Positions 40,127 to 55,700 of a DNA stretch of 64,000 nt are shown in pieces. The translations under genes and the position numbers were made by a program. Source of the DNA: Mizuhopecten yessoensis. Taxonomy: Eukaryota. The stretch's first letter is position 1, and every line of letters starts with the position of its first letter. Under the pieces are notes generated by a model. The model worked only from the letters and a program-made list of their open reading frames with translations. It searched no databases and had not been told where the DNA came from. The DNA lies in contig NW_018479914.1 in the NCBI RefSeq assembly GCF_002113885.1, forward strand, positions 1 through 64,000. Reading direction: 5' to 3'.

Positions 40127-43100
40127 ACAGTCATGATGGTTTCTGTCGAATCCTAGAACAACTGTCAGACACAATCACCAGTTATGCTGGCTTCAGTCGA
40201 ATCAAAGAACAACTGTCAGTCACAATCACCAGTCATGATGGCTTCAGTCTTATCCAAGAAAAACTGTCATTTACAATCACCAGTCGTTATGACTTCAGTC
40301 GAATCCAAGAACATCTGTCAGTCACAATCACCAGTCATTATGGCTTCAGTCGAATCCAAGAACAACTGCCAGTCACAATCACTAGTCATGATGGCTTCAG
40401 TCGAATCCAAAAACAACTGTCAGTCACAATCACCAGTCGTTATGGCTTCAGTCGAATTCATGAGCAACTGTCAGTCACAATCACCTGTCGTTATGACTTC
40501 CGTAGAATCCAAGAACTACTGTCAGGCACATTCACTAGTCATTATGGCTTCAGTTTTATTCAAGAACAACTGTCATTTACAATCACCAGTCGTTATGGCT
40601 TCAGTCGAATTCAAGAGCAACTGTCAGTCACAATCACCAGTCGTTATGACTTCACAACTGTCAGTCACAATCACTAGTCATGATGGCTTCAGTCGAATCA
40701 ATTCAGTAGAATCCAAGAACTACTGTCAGTCACATTCACCAGTCGTTATGGATTCAGTGGAATCCAAGAACAACTGTCATTCACAATCACTAGTCATTAT
40801 GGCTTCAGTCTTATCCAAGAACAACTGTCATTTACAATCACCAGTCGTTATGGCTTCAGTCGAATCCAAGAACAACTGTCAGTCACAATCACCAGTCATT
40901 ATGGCTTCAGTCGAATCCAAGAACAACTGTCAGTCACAATCACCAGTCGTTATGGCTTCAGTCGAATCCAAGAACAACTGTCAGTCACAATCACCAGTCG
41001 TTATGGCTTCAGTTGAATCCAAGAACAACTGNNNNNNNNNNNNNNNNNNNNNNNNNNNNNNNNNNNNNNNNNNNNNNNNNNNNNNNNNNNNNNNNNNNNN
41101 NNNNNNNNNNNNNNNNNNNNNNNNNNNNNNNNNNNNNNNNNNNNNNNNNNNNNNNNNNNNNNNNNNNNNNNNNNNNNNNNNNNNNNNNNNNNNNNNNNNN
41201 NNNNNNNNNNNNNNNNNNNNNNNNNNNNNNNNNNNNNNNNNNNNNNNNNNNNNNNNNNNNNNNNNNNNNNNNNNNNNNNNNNNNNNNNNNNNNNNNNNNN
41301 NNNNNNNNNNNNNNNNNNNNNNNNNNNNNNNNNNNNNNNNNNNNNNNNNNNNNNNNNNNNNNNNNNNNNNNNNNNNNNNNNNNNNNNNNNNNNNNNNNNN
41401 NNNNNNNNNNNNNNNNNNNNNNNNNNNNNNNNNNNNNNNNNNNNNNNNNNNNNNNNNNNNNNNNNNNNNNNNNNNNNNNNNNNNNNNNNNNNTTCAGTCG
41501 AATCCAAGAACAACTGTCAGTCACAATCACCAGTCGTTATGACTTCAGTCGAATCCAAGAACAACAGTCAGTCACAATCACCAGTCGTTATTGCTTCAGT
41601 CGAATCCAAGTACAACTGTCAGTCACAATCACTAGTCATGATGGCTTCAGTCGAATCAAAGAACAACTGTCAGTCACAATCACCAGTCGTTATGGCTTCA
41701 CTCGAATCAAAGAACAACTGTCATTCACAATAACCAGTCGTTATGGCTTCAGTTGAATCCAAGAACAACTGTCATTCACAATAACCAGTCGTTATGGCTT
41801 CCGTCGAATCCAAGAACAACTGTCAGTCACATTCATAAGTTTTGATGGCTTTTGTCGAATCCAAGAACAACTGTCAGTCACAACAACCAGCCGTTATGGC
41901 TTCAGTCGAATTCATCATCACAAATCATGATGGCGTCAGTCGAATCCAAAAACAACTGTCAGTCACAATCACTAGTCATGATGGCTTCAGTATAATCAAA
42001 GAACAACTGTCAGTCACCATCACCAGTCGTTATGGCTTCCGTCGAATCCAAGAACAACTGTCATTCACAATAACCAGTCGTTATGGCTTCAGTTGAATCC
42101 AAGAACAACTGTCAGTAATCATCACAAATCATGATGGCGTCAGTCGAATCCAAAAACAACTGTCAGTCACAATCACCGGGCATGATGGCTTCAGTCGAAT
42201 CTAGGAACAACTGTCAGTCACAATCCCCAGTCGTTATTGCTTCAGTCGAATCCAAGAACAACTGTCAATCACACTCATCAGTTATGGTGGCTTAAGCCGA
42301 ATCCAAGAACAACTGTTAGTCATAATCACCAGTTGGTATGGCTTCAGTCGAATCCAAGAACAACTGTCAGTCACAACCACTAGTCATGATGGCTTCAGTC
42401 GAATCCGAGAACAACTGTCTGTCATAATCACCAGTCGGTATGGCTTCAGTCGAATCCAAGAACAACTGTCAGTCACAACCACTAGTCGTTATAGCTTCAG
42501 TCGAATCCAAGAACAACTGTCAGTCACAACCACCAGTCGTTATGGCTTCAGTCGAATCCAAGAACAACTGTCATTCACAATCACTAGTCATTATGGCTTC
42601 AGTCTTATCCAAGAACAACTGTCAGTCACAATCACCGGTCATGATGGCTTCAGTCGAATCCGAGAACAACTGTCTGTCATAATCACCAGTCGTTATGGCA
42701 TCAGTCGTATCCAAGAACAACTGTCAGTCACAATCACTAGTCATGATGGCTTCAGTATAATCAAAGAACAACTGTCAGTCACAATCACGAGTCATTATGG
42801 ATTCAGTCGAATCCAAGAACAAATGTCATTCACAATCACCAGCCTTAATTGCTTCAGTCGAATCCAAGAACAACTGTCAGTCACAATCACCAGTCGTTAT
42901 GACTTCAGTCGAATCTAAGAACAACTGCCAGTCACAATCGCCAGTCATTATGGCTTCTGTCGAATCCAAGAACAACTGTCAGTCACAATCACCAGTCGTT
43001 AGGGCTTCAGTCGAATCCAAGAACAAATGTCAGTCATAATCACCAGTCGGTATGGCTTCAGTCGAATCCAAGAAAAACTGTCAGTCACAATCACCAGTCT

Positions 43101-46100
43101 TTATGGCTTTAGTCGAATCCAAGAACAACTGTCAGACACAATCACCAGTCGTTATGGCTTTAATCGAATCCAAGAACAACTGTCACTCACAATCACCAGT
43201 CGTTATGACTTAAGTCGAATCTAAGAACAACTGCCAGTCACAATCGCCAGCCATTATGGCTTCTGTCGAATCCAAGAACATCTGTCAGTCACAATCACCA
43301 GTCATGATGGTTTCAGTCGAATCCGAGAACAACTGTCTGTCATAATCACCAGTCGGTATGGCTTCAGTCGAATCCAAGAAAAACTGTCAGTCACAATCAC
43401 CAGTCATTATGGCTTCAGTCGAATCCAAGCACCACTGTCAGTCACAATAACCAGTCGTTATGGCTTCAGTCGCATCCAAAAACAACTGTCATTCACAATC
43501 ACCAGTCGTTATGGCTTAAGTCGAATCCAAAAACAACTGTCATTCACAATCACCAGTCGTTATGGCTTTAATCGAATCCAAGAACAACTGTCAGTAACAA
43601 CAACCAGTCGTTATGGCTTTAGACGAATCCAAAAACAACTGTCATTCACAATCACCAGTCGTTATGGCTTAAGTCGAATCCAAGAACAACAGTCAGTCAC
43701 AATCACCAGTCGTTGTGACTTCAGTAGAGTCCAAGAACAACTGTCAGTCACAATCCCCAGTCGTTATGACTTCAGTCGAATCCAAGAACACCTGTCAGTC
43801 ACAATCACCAGTCGTAATGGCTTCAGTCGAATCCAAGAAAAACTGTCAGTCACAATCACCAGTCTTTATGGCTTTAGTCGAATCCAAGAACAACTGTCAT
43901 TTACAATCACCAGTTGTTATGGCTTCAGTCACTTCACGCAAATCAAAGAACAACTGTCATTCACAATAACCAGCCGTTATGGCTTCAGTCGAATCCAAAA
44001 AAAACTGTCAGTCACAATAAACAGTCGTTATGGCTTCAGTCGAAACCAAAAACAACTGTCAGTCTCAATTACCAGTCGTGTTATGGCTTCAGTAGAATCA
44101 AGAAACAACTGTCAGTCACAATCACCGGTCGTTATGGCTTCAGTCGAATCTAAGAACAACTGCCAGACACAATCGCCAGTCATTATGGCTTCTTTCGAAT
44201 CCAAGAACAACTGCCAGTCACAATCCCCAGTCATGATGGTTTCAGTCGAATCCGAGAACAACTGTCAGTCACAACCACTAGTAGTTATAGCTTCAGTCGA
44301 ATCCAAGAACGACTGTCAGTCACAATCACCAGTCGTAATGGCTTCAGTCGAATCCAAGAAAAACTGTCAGTCACAATCACCAGTCTTTATGGCTTTAGTC
44401 GAATCCAAGAACAACTGTCCGTCATCATCACAAATCATGATGGCTTCAGTCGAATCCAAGAACACCTGTCAGTCACAATCACCAGTCGTTATGGGTTCAG
44501 TCGAATCCAAGAACAACTGCCAGTCACAATCGCCAGCCATTATGGCTTCTGTCGAATCCAAGAACATCTGTCAGTCACAATCACCAGTCGTTAGGGCTTC
44601 AGTCGAATTCAAGAGCAACTGTCAGTCACAATACAAGTTTTGATGGCTTCAGTCGAATCCAAGAGCAACTGTCAGTCACAATCACCAGTCGTTGTGACTT
44701 CAGTAGAGTCCAAGAACAACTGTCAGTCACAATTGTCAGTCGTTATGGCTTCAGTAGAATCAAGAAACAACTGTCAGTCACAATCACCAGTCGTTATGGC
44801 TTCAATCGAATCCAAGAACAACTGTCAGTCACAATAATCAGTTATGATGGCTTCAGTCGAATCCAAAACCAACTGTCAATCACACTCATCAGTTATGGTG
44901 GCTTAAGCCGAATCCAAAAACAAATGTCAGTCACAATCACCAGTTATGATGGTTTCAGTCGAATCCAAGAACAACAGTCAGTCACAATCACCAGTCGTTA
45001 TGGCTTCAATCGAATCCAAGAACAACTGTCAGTCACAATCACCAGTCATGATGGCTTCAGTCGAATCCAAGAACAACTGTTAGTCACAATCACCAGTCGT
45101 TATGACTTCAGTCGAAAGAACAACTGTCATTCACAATAACCAGTCGTTATGGCTTCAGTCGAATCCTAGAACAACTGTCATTTACAATCACCAGTTGTTA
45201 TGGCTTCAGTCAAATCCAAGAACAACTGTCAGTCACAACCACTAGTCCTTATAGCTTCAGTCGAATCCAAGAACAACTGTCAGTCACAATAACCAGTCGT
45301 TATGGCTTCAGTCGAATCCTAGAACAACTGTCATTTACAATCACCAGTCGTTAGGGCTTCAGTCGAATCCAAGAACAACTGTCAGTCACAATACAAGTTT
45401 TGATGGTTTCAGTCGAATCCAAGAGCAACTGTCAGTCACAATCACCAGTCGTTATGGCTTCAGTCGAATCCTAGAACAACTGTCAGTTACAATCACCAGT
45501 CGTTAGGGCTTCAGTCGAATCCAAGAACAACTGTCAGTCACAATTACCAGTCGTTATGACTTCAGTCGGGAGAACAACTGTCATTCACAATAACCAGTCG
45601 TTATGGCTTCAGTCGAATCCTAGAACAACTGTCAGTCACAATCATCAGTTGTTATGGCTTCAGTCGAATCCAAGAACAACTGTCAGTCACATTCATAAGT
45701 TTTGATGGCTTCAGTCGAATCCAAGAACAACTCTCAGTCACAATCACCAGTCGTTATGGCTTCAGTCGAATCCAAGAACAACTGCCAGTCACAATCACTA
45801 GTCATGATGGCTTCAGTCGAATCCAAAAACAACTGTCAGTCACAATCACCAGTCGTTATGGCTTCAGTCGAATCCAAGAACAACTGTCAATCACACTCAT
45901 CAGTTATGGTGGCTTAAGCCGAATCTAAGAACAAATGTCAGTCATAATCACCAGTCGGTATGGCTTCAGTCGAATCCAAGGACAACTGTCAGTCACAACC
46001 ACTAGTCATGATGGCTTCAGTCGAATCCGAGAACAACTGTCTGTCATAATCACCAGTCGGTATGGCTTCAGTCGAATCCAAGAACAACTGTCAGTCACAA

Positions 46101-46655
46101 TCACCAGTCGTAATGGCTTCAGTCGAATCCAAGAACAACTGTCAGTCACAACAACCAGTCGTTATGGCTTCAGTCGAATCCAAGAACTACTGTCAGTCAC
46201 AATCACCAGTCGTAATGGCTTCAGTCGAATCCAAGAACAACTGTCAGTCACAATTACCAGTCGTTATGGATACAGCAGAATCCAAGAACAACTGTCATTC
46301 ACAATCACTAGTCGTTATGGCTTCAGTCTTATCCAAGAACAACTGTCAGTCACAATCACCAGTCATGATGGCTTCAGTCGAATCCGAGAACAACTGTCAG
46401 TCATAATCACCAGTCGTTATGGCTTCAGTTGTATCCAAGAACAACTGTCAGTCACAATCACTAGTCATGATGGCTTCAGTATAATCAAAGAACAACTGTC
46501 AATCACAATCACCAGTCGTTATGGCTTCAATCGAATCCAAGAACAACTGTCAGTCATAATCACCAGTCGTTATGACTTCAGTCGAATCCAAGAACTGTCA
46601 GTCACTTTCACCAGTCATTATGGCTTCAGTCGAATCCAAGAACAACTGCCAGTCA
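40127..46655. repeat. 51-bp minisatellite, ~6.5 kb including a 461-N gap, intergenic
   Basis: Unit cagtcgttatggcttcagtcgaatccaagaacaactgtcagtcacaatcac; diverged copies with stops and indels. Confidence 0.96.
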
Positions 46656-47272
46656 GTATTCGGTTACCATTATTGTTGTAAGTTACCAAGATGTCAAGCG
46701 TGCAACGAGATGTATCCGATGCCTTTAATTCTGAAATTTGAAAGATAAATGAGACGCAATTTATTTAAGGAAGTCGCAGTATTCATGGATAAAACATCCT
46801 CGAAAGGTTTGAAATTTTAGAATAGTACAGGTATACTGTCTCCTTTCATAATTTATCTACGCGATCGCGAAAGTATTTACCGTGTAATAACCTTCCTTTA
46901 ATACACAAAGAAAGGCCATAAGATACTTGGAAAGTTTTAACATCAACCTTTAGATAAACTCAGTTGACATAATGCGAGAACTATGAAAGAGACAAATGTT
47001 AAAGGGGGAGTAACTCGTAAACCCTATGTCAATGTATAGTTCTACTGTATTTAAATAAAATAACCCCAGCTTCAAAACTATAAGGCTAAATCCAGGGAAC
47101 ACTAGATCACCCATATAAATTACCCATGGAACACATGACATTTCCTTCGGTCGTTTTGGTTAGGTTCATTTCTGTTTGGTTTTGGTGTCCCATTAGTTCC
47201 TGGTCTTATATATCCACATTGATTTCCTGTTTTGTCCATGGGTGTTGGCGATGCAGTGGTTTTCACACAGTT

Positions 47273-47335
47273 TCCTCCTCCTCCTCCTCCTCCTCCTCCT
47301 CCTCTTCCTACTCCTCCTTCACATCATCATCATCA
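47273..47335. repeat. (CCT)n/(CAT)n microsatellite
   Basis: Direct reading. Confidence 0.9.
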
Positions 47336-49648
47336 ATATTTTTACTTTTATCCATTATTTGCACATTCAGATACACTAAATGGTTTGAAAATTTCGCCCT
47401 TCGCCGATAAAATCCATATTTACTTAGGTTTTAATTTCGCTCTTCACATTGAATCGCTACAGTGTTTGTATTAGGTTGTTTACATTTGATTGATATTCTT
47501 TGCTTTAGCTACAGAGGGTGAAAACTGCGGAAATTGAAATGCGGCGAAAATTTCCAGTTATACCGAAATAAATGTGTTTTGAATCTCAATAACGTGAATT
47601 TCGATAAATATAGCACACCTGTTCAGAACAACTTTAAGACTATTTTATCTGACTCCTTGAGCGGTTTTTATTACCATGTTTCACAGTATTATTTACCCTC
47701 AACGAGCTGATTGAAAGAGACTATTAATTGTCAGCTCAATACCATTTTATAAGAACAGGCTAATATTTCCCAATTTCGTCCACTTTCCTTTCCCTAAACG
47801 TATCAAAATGACAAACTCTCTTGCTTTTTGAGTTTATAGGTCAGACTTCAAAGTATCGCGGTATGTTGGTTAACCTCCCGGGCGTTAGACTTCACCCTTA
47901 TTTTCAATGAGTTCATGATGTTTCGTTTTGTTTTGTTTTTGAGCCATCATGGTTCCTTTTGTTCAGTATTTACGATCCGGTTCTTGTTTTCTGTTTCATC
48001 ATCGGAATGACTGGGGAACACTGAGTAAACGTACAACGAAACATGACACAGACACACCAATAGTTCTATACTATAGTATGATTGGATTTACTTCCCTTCG
48101 ATCACACCTGGGCGTTCATACGGGGTCAAAATCCACCCTGTCATACCATGATGAGGAGAATATAGCCGGCAAAGTGATTTTTCTATTTAGACTAGTATTT
48201 TACTAGGTGAACTTTCTATTGATATTTTTTTCAATTTACCAAGAATATAAAGAGCTGTCTCTTCGTATGTTATATGGCAACCATCTAGTCAAGCTTTAGT
48301 AAGGTAAAACACAATGATAGCCAAATGATTTAGCTGTTACATCAAATAGTTTTCTCTTTGAGGGCATGTGTCACAATTGGATTTGATATTAATTTATATA
48401 GTGGGTGTCAACGAAGAAGCAAAAGACGCCTACCCGTCTGGAACACGTGTTTTTATTCTCCTTATACTCAGTTAATAGTCTCAGTGTAAATACTTCAACT
48501 ATTCATATTTCCCCTCCTTTAATCGCTATTGTGTTTAAATCATGGTTCGCTTTATACTTTGGTATTCTCTCGAATTCCTCTCAAGCATTCATTTAGCGCA
48601 ATGATTAATGGATTATGTATACATTTCGAACATAAATGAAACAATAAACAGGAAAGAAATCAAGCAAATGCCTGTTTGATAAATAGCAGTGAACGGGAAC
48701 CGGTAAATATCAAACAATTTTTAAAATATAACAAATCCTGAACTACTCTCAAACATCTACGTAATTTATCAAACAAACCAGCATTACTGACATTTGATAT
48801 GTTTTAGCATTAATTGGTATGTCTCTATCTTAAATTGATCAAAAGTTACTTTTCTCTCAATCGTGCCACAGTACTCTTTAGCGTCGTGTCTATTGTAATG
48901 TCACCAGTAAATGACACCCATTTTCTGACCTCTACTCGTATGACGTTGGCAGTTTAAATTGAAACAAAGGATCCGACCTATTTATGGAGCTGATTTTGTT
49001 TTATGTATAAAACGTTTACAATCTTATCCCTTCGTCTTCACAGTGCATAACACACCTATACCTTACCTGTAAGCGTTAATCAGATCCAATATACCGCACG
49101 TATAACGTAGCTGTATAGGTTAATTAGATCGCTGGGAATCTAATCAATAGTGTATGAATGACCACGTCTTACTGGCGACCACCTGAATTTACACGGCTTG
49201 ATCGACATTTTCCTACCAACCATTATGTCTTAATCTCAAGGTAATGTATTGGTTATGTCAAATTTTACATTTCACTGACATTTAAGTTAAACAGTAAGAT
49301 ATATGTGGTCTCAATGGTAAAAATGATTATTTCATTCAGTTTGGCTAGTTCTCAAATAGATGTCTTTGGTTGAGGTGGATTAACCAAGGGATAGTACAAT
49401 AATCACTTGAGTGTACAAACATAAGGACAAAACGTGAAGAACAAACAAATTTTACGTTATTTAACATAAATTTGATAAAAACTTTCAGGTAAAGGAAGAA
49501 TTGATGGTTTTTTTGTTATTTGCCTTTTCTGACTTAATTGAGTTCATAACAACCGCTCTAACGCACGCGTTTATATTTAACCACGTGATGACGACAGAAT
49601 CTTAACGAGAATTAAGACAACAAATAAACACCGGACATATCTAGCAGC

Positions 49649-49746
49649 ATGCAGGAGAAAATCCACCATGAAGAGTACTGGATATCAGGAAGTATTAGGG
49701 ACACCCAGTTTGAGGACCTATATACAATTGGCACAGAACTGGGAAG
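49649..49746 (+). CDS. CaMKIV-like exon 1
   Basis: MQEKIHHEEYWISGSIRDTQFEDLYTIGTELGR; donor AAG|GTAGGT. Confidence 0.88.
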
Positions 49747-52700
49747 GTAGGTTTTTTTAAACACATTTAAGATTATTCGATTATTGATTTGTTTTTATTA
49801 CAGTCTCTGCTATGCTAACAGACCTGTTCACTTTGTATTGTTGTTGAATTACATGTTCCTATGTATCGCCCCTTTCGAGTTTTTTGGGTTGATGATGTGT
49901 TTCATTTTGGTTCAGTGTCCGTTATGTTCTAATTGTTTTGTATGTTATTCTTTTTCATTATGCAATATATCTTGATTATGTTGTTTCTTTATTCGTCAGG
50001 GGGACAAGTGCGGTGGTATACAGATGTGAGCACGTTGGAACTAAAAAGGCGTATGCAGTGAAGAAAATCCCTAAACAGGTGTGTTACTATATAATACATA
50101 ACGATTAAATAAACATTCGTAAACTCAAGTAAAAATACGTTCATAATGAATACAATCTAACAATGATACCACATAAAACCCATAGTAACGACAGTGGCCT
50201 TTAGAAGCGTTGTACATGGAGTCCTGTATAATATACCAAAATATCGACTTGTATTGTTGTTTACTAAGTGACAGGCTCAATATACCACACATTTATGTTA
50301 TACCCTGTATGATCTGTCATTGTATTTGGATCCCTTTAAACAAATACAACAACCATTCTTAAAACGTTAATTAACCGACACATATACTACGCCTAAATAA
50401 AGGGCCAACTCGTGCACATCTAGGGTAACAGCAAAATATTTCAGTGTGAACGGCGGTAATTAATTGTATTTACGAAGTCTTGAAACATGTCTCAATATCA
50501 GCTTCCCTAGGCATTTTAATCAAATACTTGAATTTCTATGTTTTTGTCTTTAATTATAAAGCTGTACATTGTTACGTTAAACACTGTCTCGGAACTACTG
50601 AATTATTTAACTACTGACAATATTACCTTTTCCTATTCGTATAGACTCGAAGTGTTGTTGGAGTCTGTACCAATGTAAATTGTACTAAAAGTCTGAATTT
50701 AATGTATGACCACTGCGGACCGAGTTGTGATGATCGTGTCAGATAAGTCAATACGTGCTATTAATAAAAATAATAAATACCTGAAACAGACGCATGTATA
50801 CGTGTTCACCTCAGTATATATCCACATTAAAGACGATGCTTTTGTACAGAATAATGACAGTAGATGTATATTATTATCTTACTCTTTATAACATATAAAT
50901 GTTAAGTGTGTAGTATACTTAGTAAACTACAGACCAGCATATTGTTAATAGATACCCGCTAGTAAATTGATTTCAGTTAAATGATATCGCTATTATCCAT
51001 GTTAACAATCAAATATGGCGTAATCTAGCGTGTGTCTGTGTATTTTGAATTTCAGAAAAACCGGAAAGTGGTACCAGCAGATGTTGGAAACCTCCTACAC
51101 ATAAGACATCCCAATGTTGTAAGTAAATCTACGAAACCATAAATAATATAACATTTTAAGTAAATTACTAAGATCTTATAAATCGCCTAAACTTAAGAAG
51201 CCCGATAATTTAAGTAAATCTCCTAAATCTAGCAAATCTCAGTGATTTAAATAAACGTCCATGGCTTGAAACATCCAATTTTGTGCATGAGTATCATGTA
51301 ACTCAGCCATCGATAGTAAAAGTGAAATATCTAGCATATATCATCAGATAATACGTGAAATATCTAGCATATCTCATCAGATTTAAGTGAAATATCTAGC
51401 ATATCTCATCAGACAATAAGTGAAATATCTAGCATATATCATCAGGTTATAAGTGAAATATTTAGCATATATCATCAGACAATAAGTGAAGTATCTAGCA
51501 TATCTCATTAGACAATAAGTGAAATATCTAGCATATCTCATCAGATTTAAGTGAAATATCTAGCATATCTCATCAGACAATAAGTGAAATATCTAGCAAA
51601 TATCATCAGGTTATAAGTGAAATATTTAGCATATATCATCAGACAATAAGTGAAGTATCTAGCATATCTCATTAGACAATAAGTGAAATATCTAGCATAT
51701 CTCATCAGATTTAAGTGAAATATCTAGCATATCTCATCAGACAATAAGTGAAATATCTAGCAAATATCATCAGACAATAAGTGAAATATCTAGCAAATAT
51801 CATCAGATTATTAGTGAAATATCTAGCATATGATTAAGCTAACGTCCATGGCTTGAAACATCCAATTTTGTGCGTATCATGTAACTCAGCCATCGATAGT
51901 AAAAGTGAAATATCTAACATATATCATCAGATTTAAGTGACATATCTAGCATATCTCATCAGATTTAAGTGAAATATCTAGCATATATCATCAGATATTA
52001 GTAATCTATCTTAAATCTGAGATATCATCGTGATTATTTAGAGAGAAAAAAAATAAAAAAAATCGATAATATAAATGTTCCATATCAGAGACATCACAAT
52101 ATTGTAAGTGAAAATATCCAACATCTGAGATACCCATATGATGTGAGTAATAAAAAATGCCTGCGTCATTAAGCACGTTTTAATTATAATTCTTGGTTTC
52201 CTGAGGTATATTTGATAACTGCGGACATTTGTCACTTTTACACTATAATAAGTTTATTATGACATTCTCAGTTATTGTATTGTTTCCAACAACTAGAGCA
52301 AACATTTCATTTGTCATGCATAGCAGAACAATTTTCGCATAATTGTTGTTTAGATACACATCACAGAACTGTACGAGACGAAGACCCATATCTACCTGAT
52401 GATGGAGCTTGTCACCGGGGGAGAACTTTTTGACAGGTCAGTGGTCCCTCCCAACACATCAAACATGTTGTTGAAGTCAAAATTGTGCACCTAAATATAC
52501 AACGTGCATTTTCATTATTCACCAATTAAGTAAAAAGGTTCTATACATGTGATATAGATATTTATTTAAAACAATCTCGTATTATGTCGAAACAAATACC
52601 AGTGAAAACCACATGTTTCAAGACTGAATGAGATGCTTGGGTAAAACACATTTTTGATAGTTAAATTTAATCGACTGTATTTGCGTACTAAGAAATGCAA

Positions 52701-55700
52701 CTTGATTATATGTGAAACTTTTCAATCTTAACATATGATTCAATATAAAAAAATAAATATATGTCTGGTAATTATATATCCTTCTATCCAGAATCGTTGC
52801 CCGAGGTTCCTTCTCAGAAAAAGATGCAGCCGAAGCCATGAGGGATATATTGAGAGCACTTAAGGTAATTAAGTATAACATGAGGGATATACTGATAGCA
52901 GTTAAGGTAAAGACGTATAACATGGGAGATATACTGAAAGCACTTAAGGTTGTGACGTATAACATGAGAGATATACTGAGAGCAGTTAAGGTAAAGACGT
53001 ATAACATGGAAGATATACTGAAAGCACTTAAGGTTGTGACGTATAACATGAGTGATATACTGAGAGCAGTTAAGGTAAAGACGTATAACATGAGAGATAT
53101 AATTAGAGCATTTAAGGTAATGACGTATAACACGAGAGATATACTGAGAGCATTTGAAGTAATGACGTGTATCATGAGAGATATACTGAGAGCACTTAAG
53201 GTAATGACGTATAACATAGGAGATATACTGAGAGCACCTAAGATAATGACGTATAACATGAGAGATATACTGAGAGCAGTTAAGGTAAAGACGTATAACA
53301 TGGGAGATATACTGAAAGCTCTTAAGGTTGTGACGTATAACATGAGTGATATACTGAGAGCATTTAAAGTAATGACGTATAACACGAGAGATATACTGAG
53401 AACATTTAAGGTAATGACGTATAACATGAGTGATATACTGAGAGCATTTAAAGTAATGACGTGTAACATGAGAGAAATACTGAGAGCACTTAAGATAATA
53501 ACGTATAACATGAGACATATACTGAGAGCACTGAAGATAATAACGTATAACATGAGACATATACTGAGAGCACTGAAGATAATAACGTATAACACGAGAG
53601 ATATACTGAGAATACATAAGGTAATGACGTGTAGAATGAGAGATATACTGAGAGCATTTATGGTAATGACGTATATCATGAGAGAAATACTGAGAGCACT
53701 TAAGATAATAACGTATAACACGAGAGATATACTGAGAGATTTGAAGTAATGACGTATAACATGGAAATATACTGAGAGCACATAAGTTAATGACGTGTAG
53801 CATGAGAGATATACTGAGATCATTTAAAGTAATGACGTTTATCATGAGAGATATACTGAGAGCACTTAAGGTAATGACGTATAACATGAGAGATATTCTG
53901 AGCGCACTTAAGATAATGGCGTATAACATGAGAGATATACTGAGAGCACAGAAGGTAATGACGTGTAGAATGAGAGATATACTGAGAGCATTTGAAGTAA
54001 TGACGTATATCATGAGAGAAATACTGAGAGCACTTAAGATAATAACGTATAACACGAGAGATATACTGAGAGCATTTAAAGTAATGACGTATAACATGGA
54101 AATATACTGAGAGCACATAAGTTAATGACGTGTAGCATGAGAGATATACTGAGATCATTTAAAGTAATGACGTTTATCATGAGAGATATACTGAGAGCAC
54201 TTAAGGAAATGACATATAACACGAGAGATATACTGAGAGCACTTTAGGTAATGACGTATAACACGAGAGATATACTGAGAGCATTTGAAGTAATGACGTG
54301 TAACATGAGGGATATACTGAGAGCACTTAAGGTAAAGATGTATAACATGAGAGATATAATTAGAGCATTTAAGGTAATGACGTATAACACGAGAGATATA
54401 CTGAGAGCACTTTAGGTAATGACGTATAACACGAGAGATATACTGAGAACATTTAAGGTAATGACGTATAACATGAGTTATATACTGAGAGCATTTAAAG
54501 TAATGACGTATAACATGAGAAATAAAATTAGAGTTTTTAAGGTAATGACGTATAACACGAGAGATATACTGAGAACATTTAAGGTAATGACGTATAACAT
54601 GAGTTATATACTGAGAGCATTTAAAGTAATGACGTATAACATGAGAAATAAAATTAGAGTTTTTAAGGTAATGACGTATAACACGAGAGATATACTGAGA
54701 GCATTTGAAGTAATGACGTGTAACATGAGGGATATACTGAGAGCACTTAAGGTAAAGATGTATAACATGAGAGATATAATTAGAGCATTTAAGGTAATGA
54801 CGTATAACACGAGAGATATACTGAGAGCACTTTAGGTAATGACGTATAACACGAGAGATATACTGAGAACATTTAAGGTAATGACGTATAACATGAGTTA
54901 TATACTGAGAGCATTTAAAGTAATGACGTATAACATGAGAAATAAAATTAGAGTTTTTAAGGTAATGACGTATAACACGAGAGATATACTGAGATCATTT
55001 AAAGTAATGACGTTTATCATGAGAGATATACTGAGAGCACTTTAGGTAATGACGTATAACATGAGAGATATACTGAGAGCACTTAAGGTAATGACGTATA
55101 ACATGAGAAATATAATTCGAGTTTTTAAGGTAATGACGTATAACACGAGAGATATACTGAGAGTATTTGAAGTAATGACGTATAACAAGAGAGATATACT
55201 GAGAGCATTTGAAGAAATGACGTGTAACATGAGAGATATACTGAGAGCAGTTAAGGTAAAGACGTATAACATGAGAGATATAATTAGAGCACTTAAGGTA
55301 ATGATGTATACCATGAGAGATCTGCTGAGAGCACTTAAGGTAATGACGTATAACATGAGAGATATACTGAGAGCATTTAAGGTAATGACGTATAACATTA
55401 GGTATATACTGAGAGCACTTAAAGTAATGACATATAACACGAGATATACTGAGAGCACATAAGGTAATGACGTGTAGAATGAGAGATATACTGAGAGCAT
55501 TTATGGTAATGACGTATATCATGAGAGAAATACTGAGAGCACTTAAGATAATAACGTATAAAACGAGAGATATACTGAGAGCATTTGAAGTAATGACGTA
55601 TAACATGGAAATATACTGAGAACACATAAGTTAATGACGTGTAGCATGAGAGATATACTGAGATCATTTAAAGTAATGACGTTTATCATGAGAGATATAC

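Noticed and set aside
40184-46681. Repetitive protein (MASVESKNNCQSQSPVV)n or (YGFSRIQEQLSVTITSR)n
   Set aside because: Both frames are repeatedly broken by stops and indels, no frame is preferred, and there is no signal peptide or splice context; this is a non-coding 51-bp minisatellite.
47126-47474. Poly-Ser / poly-Pro ORFs
   Set aside because: Products of a (CCT)n microsatellite.
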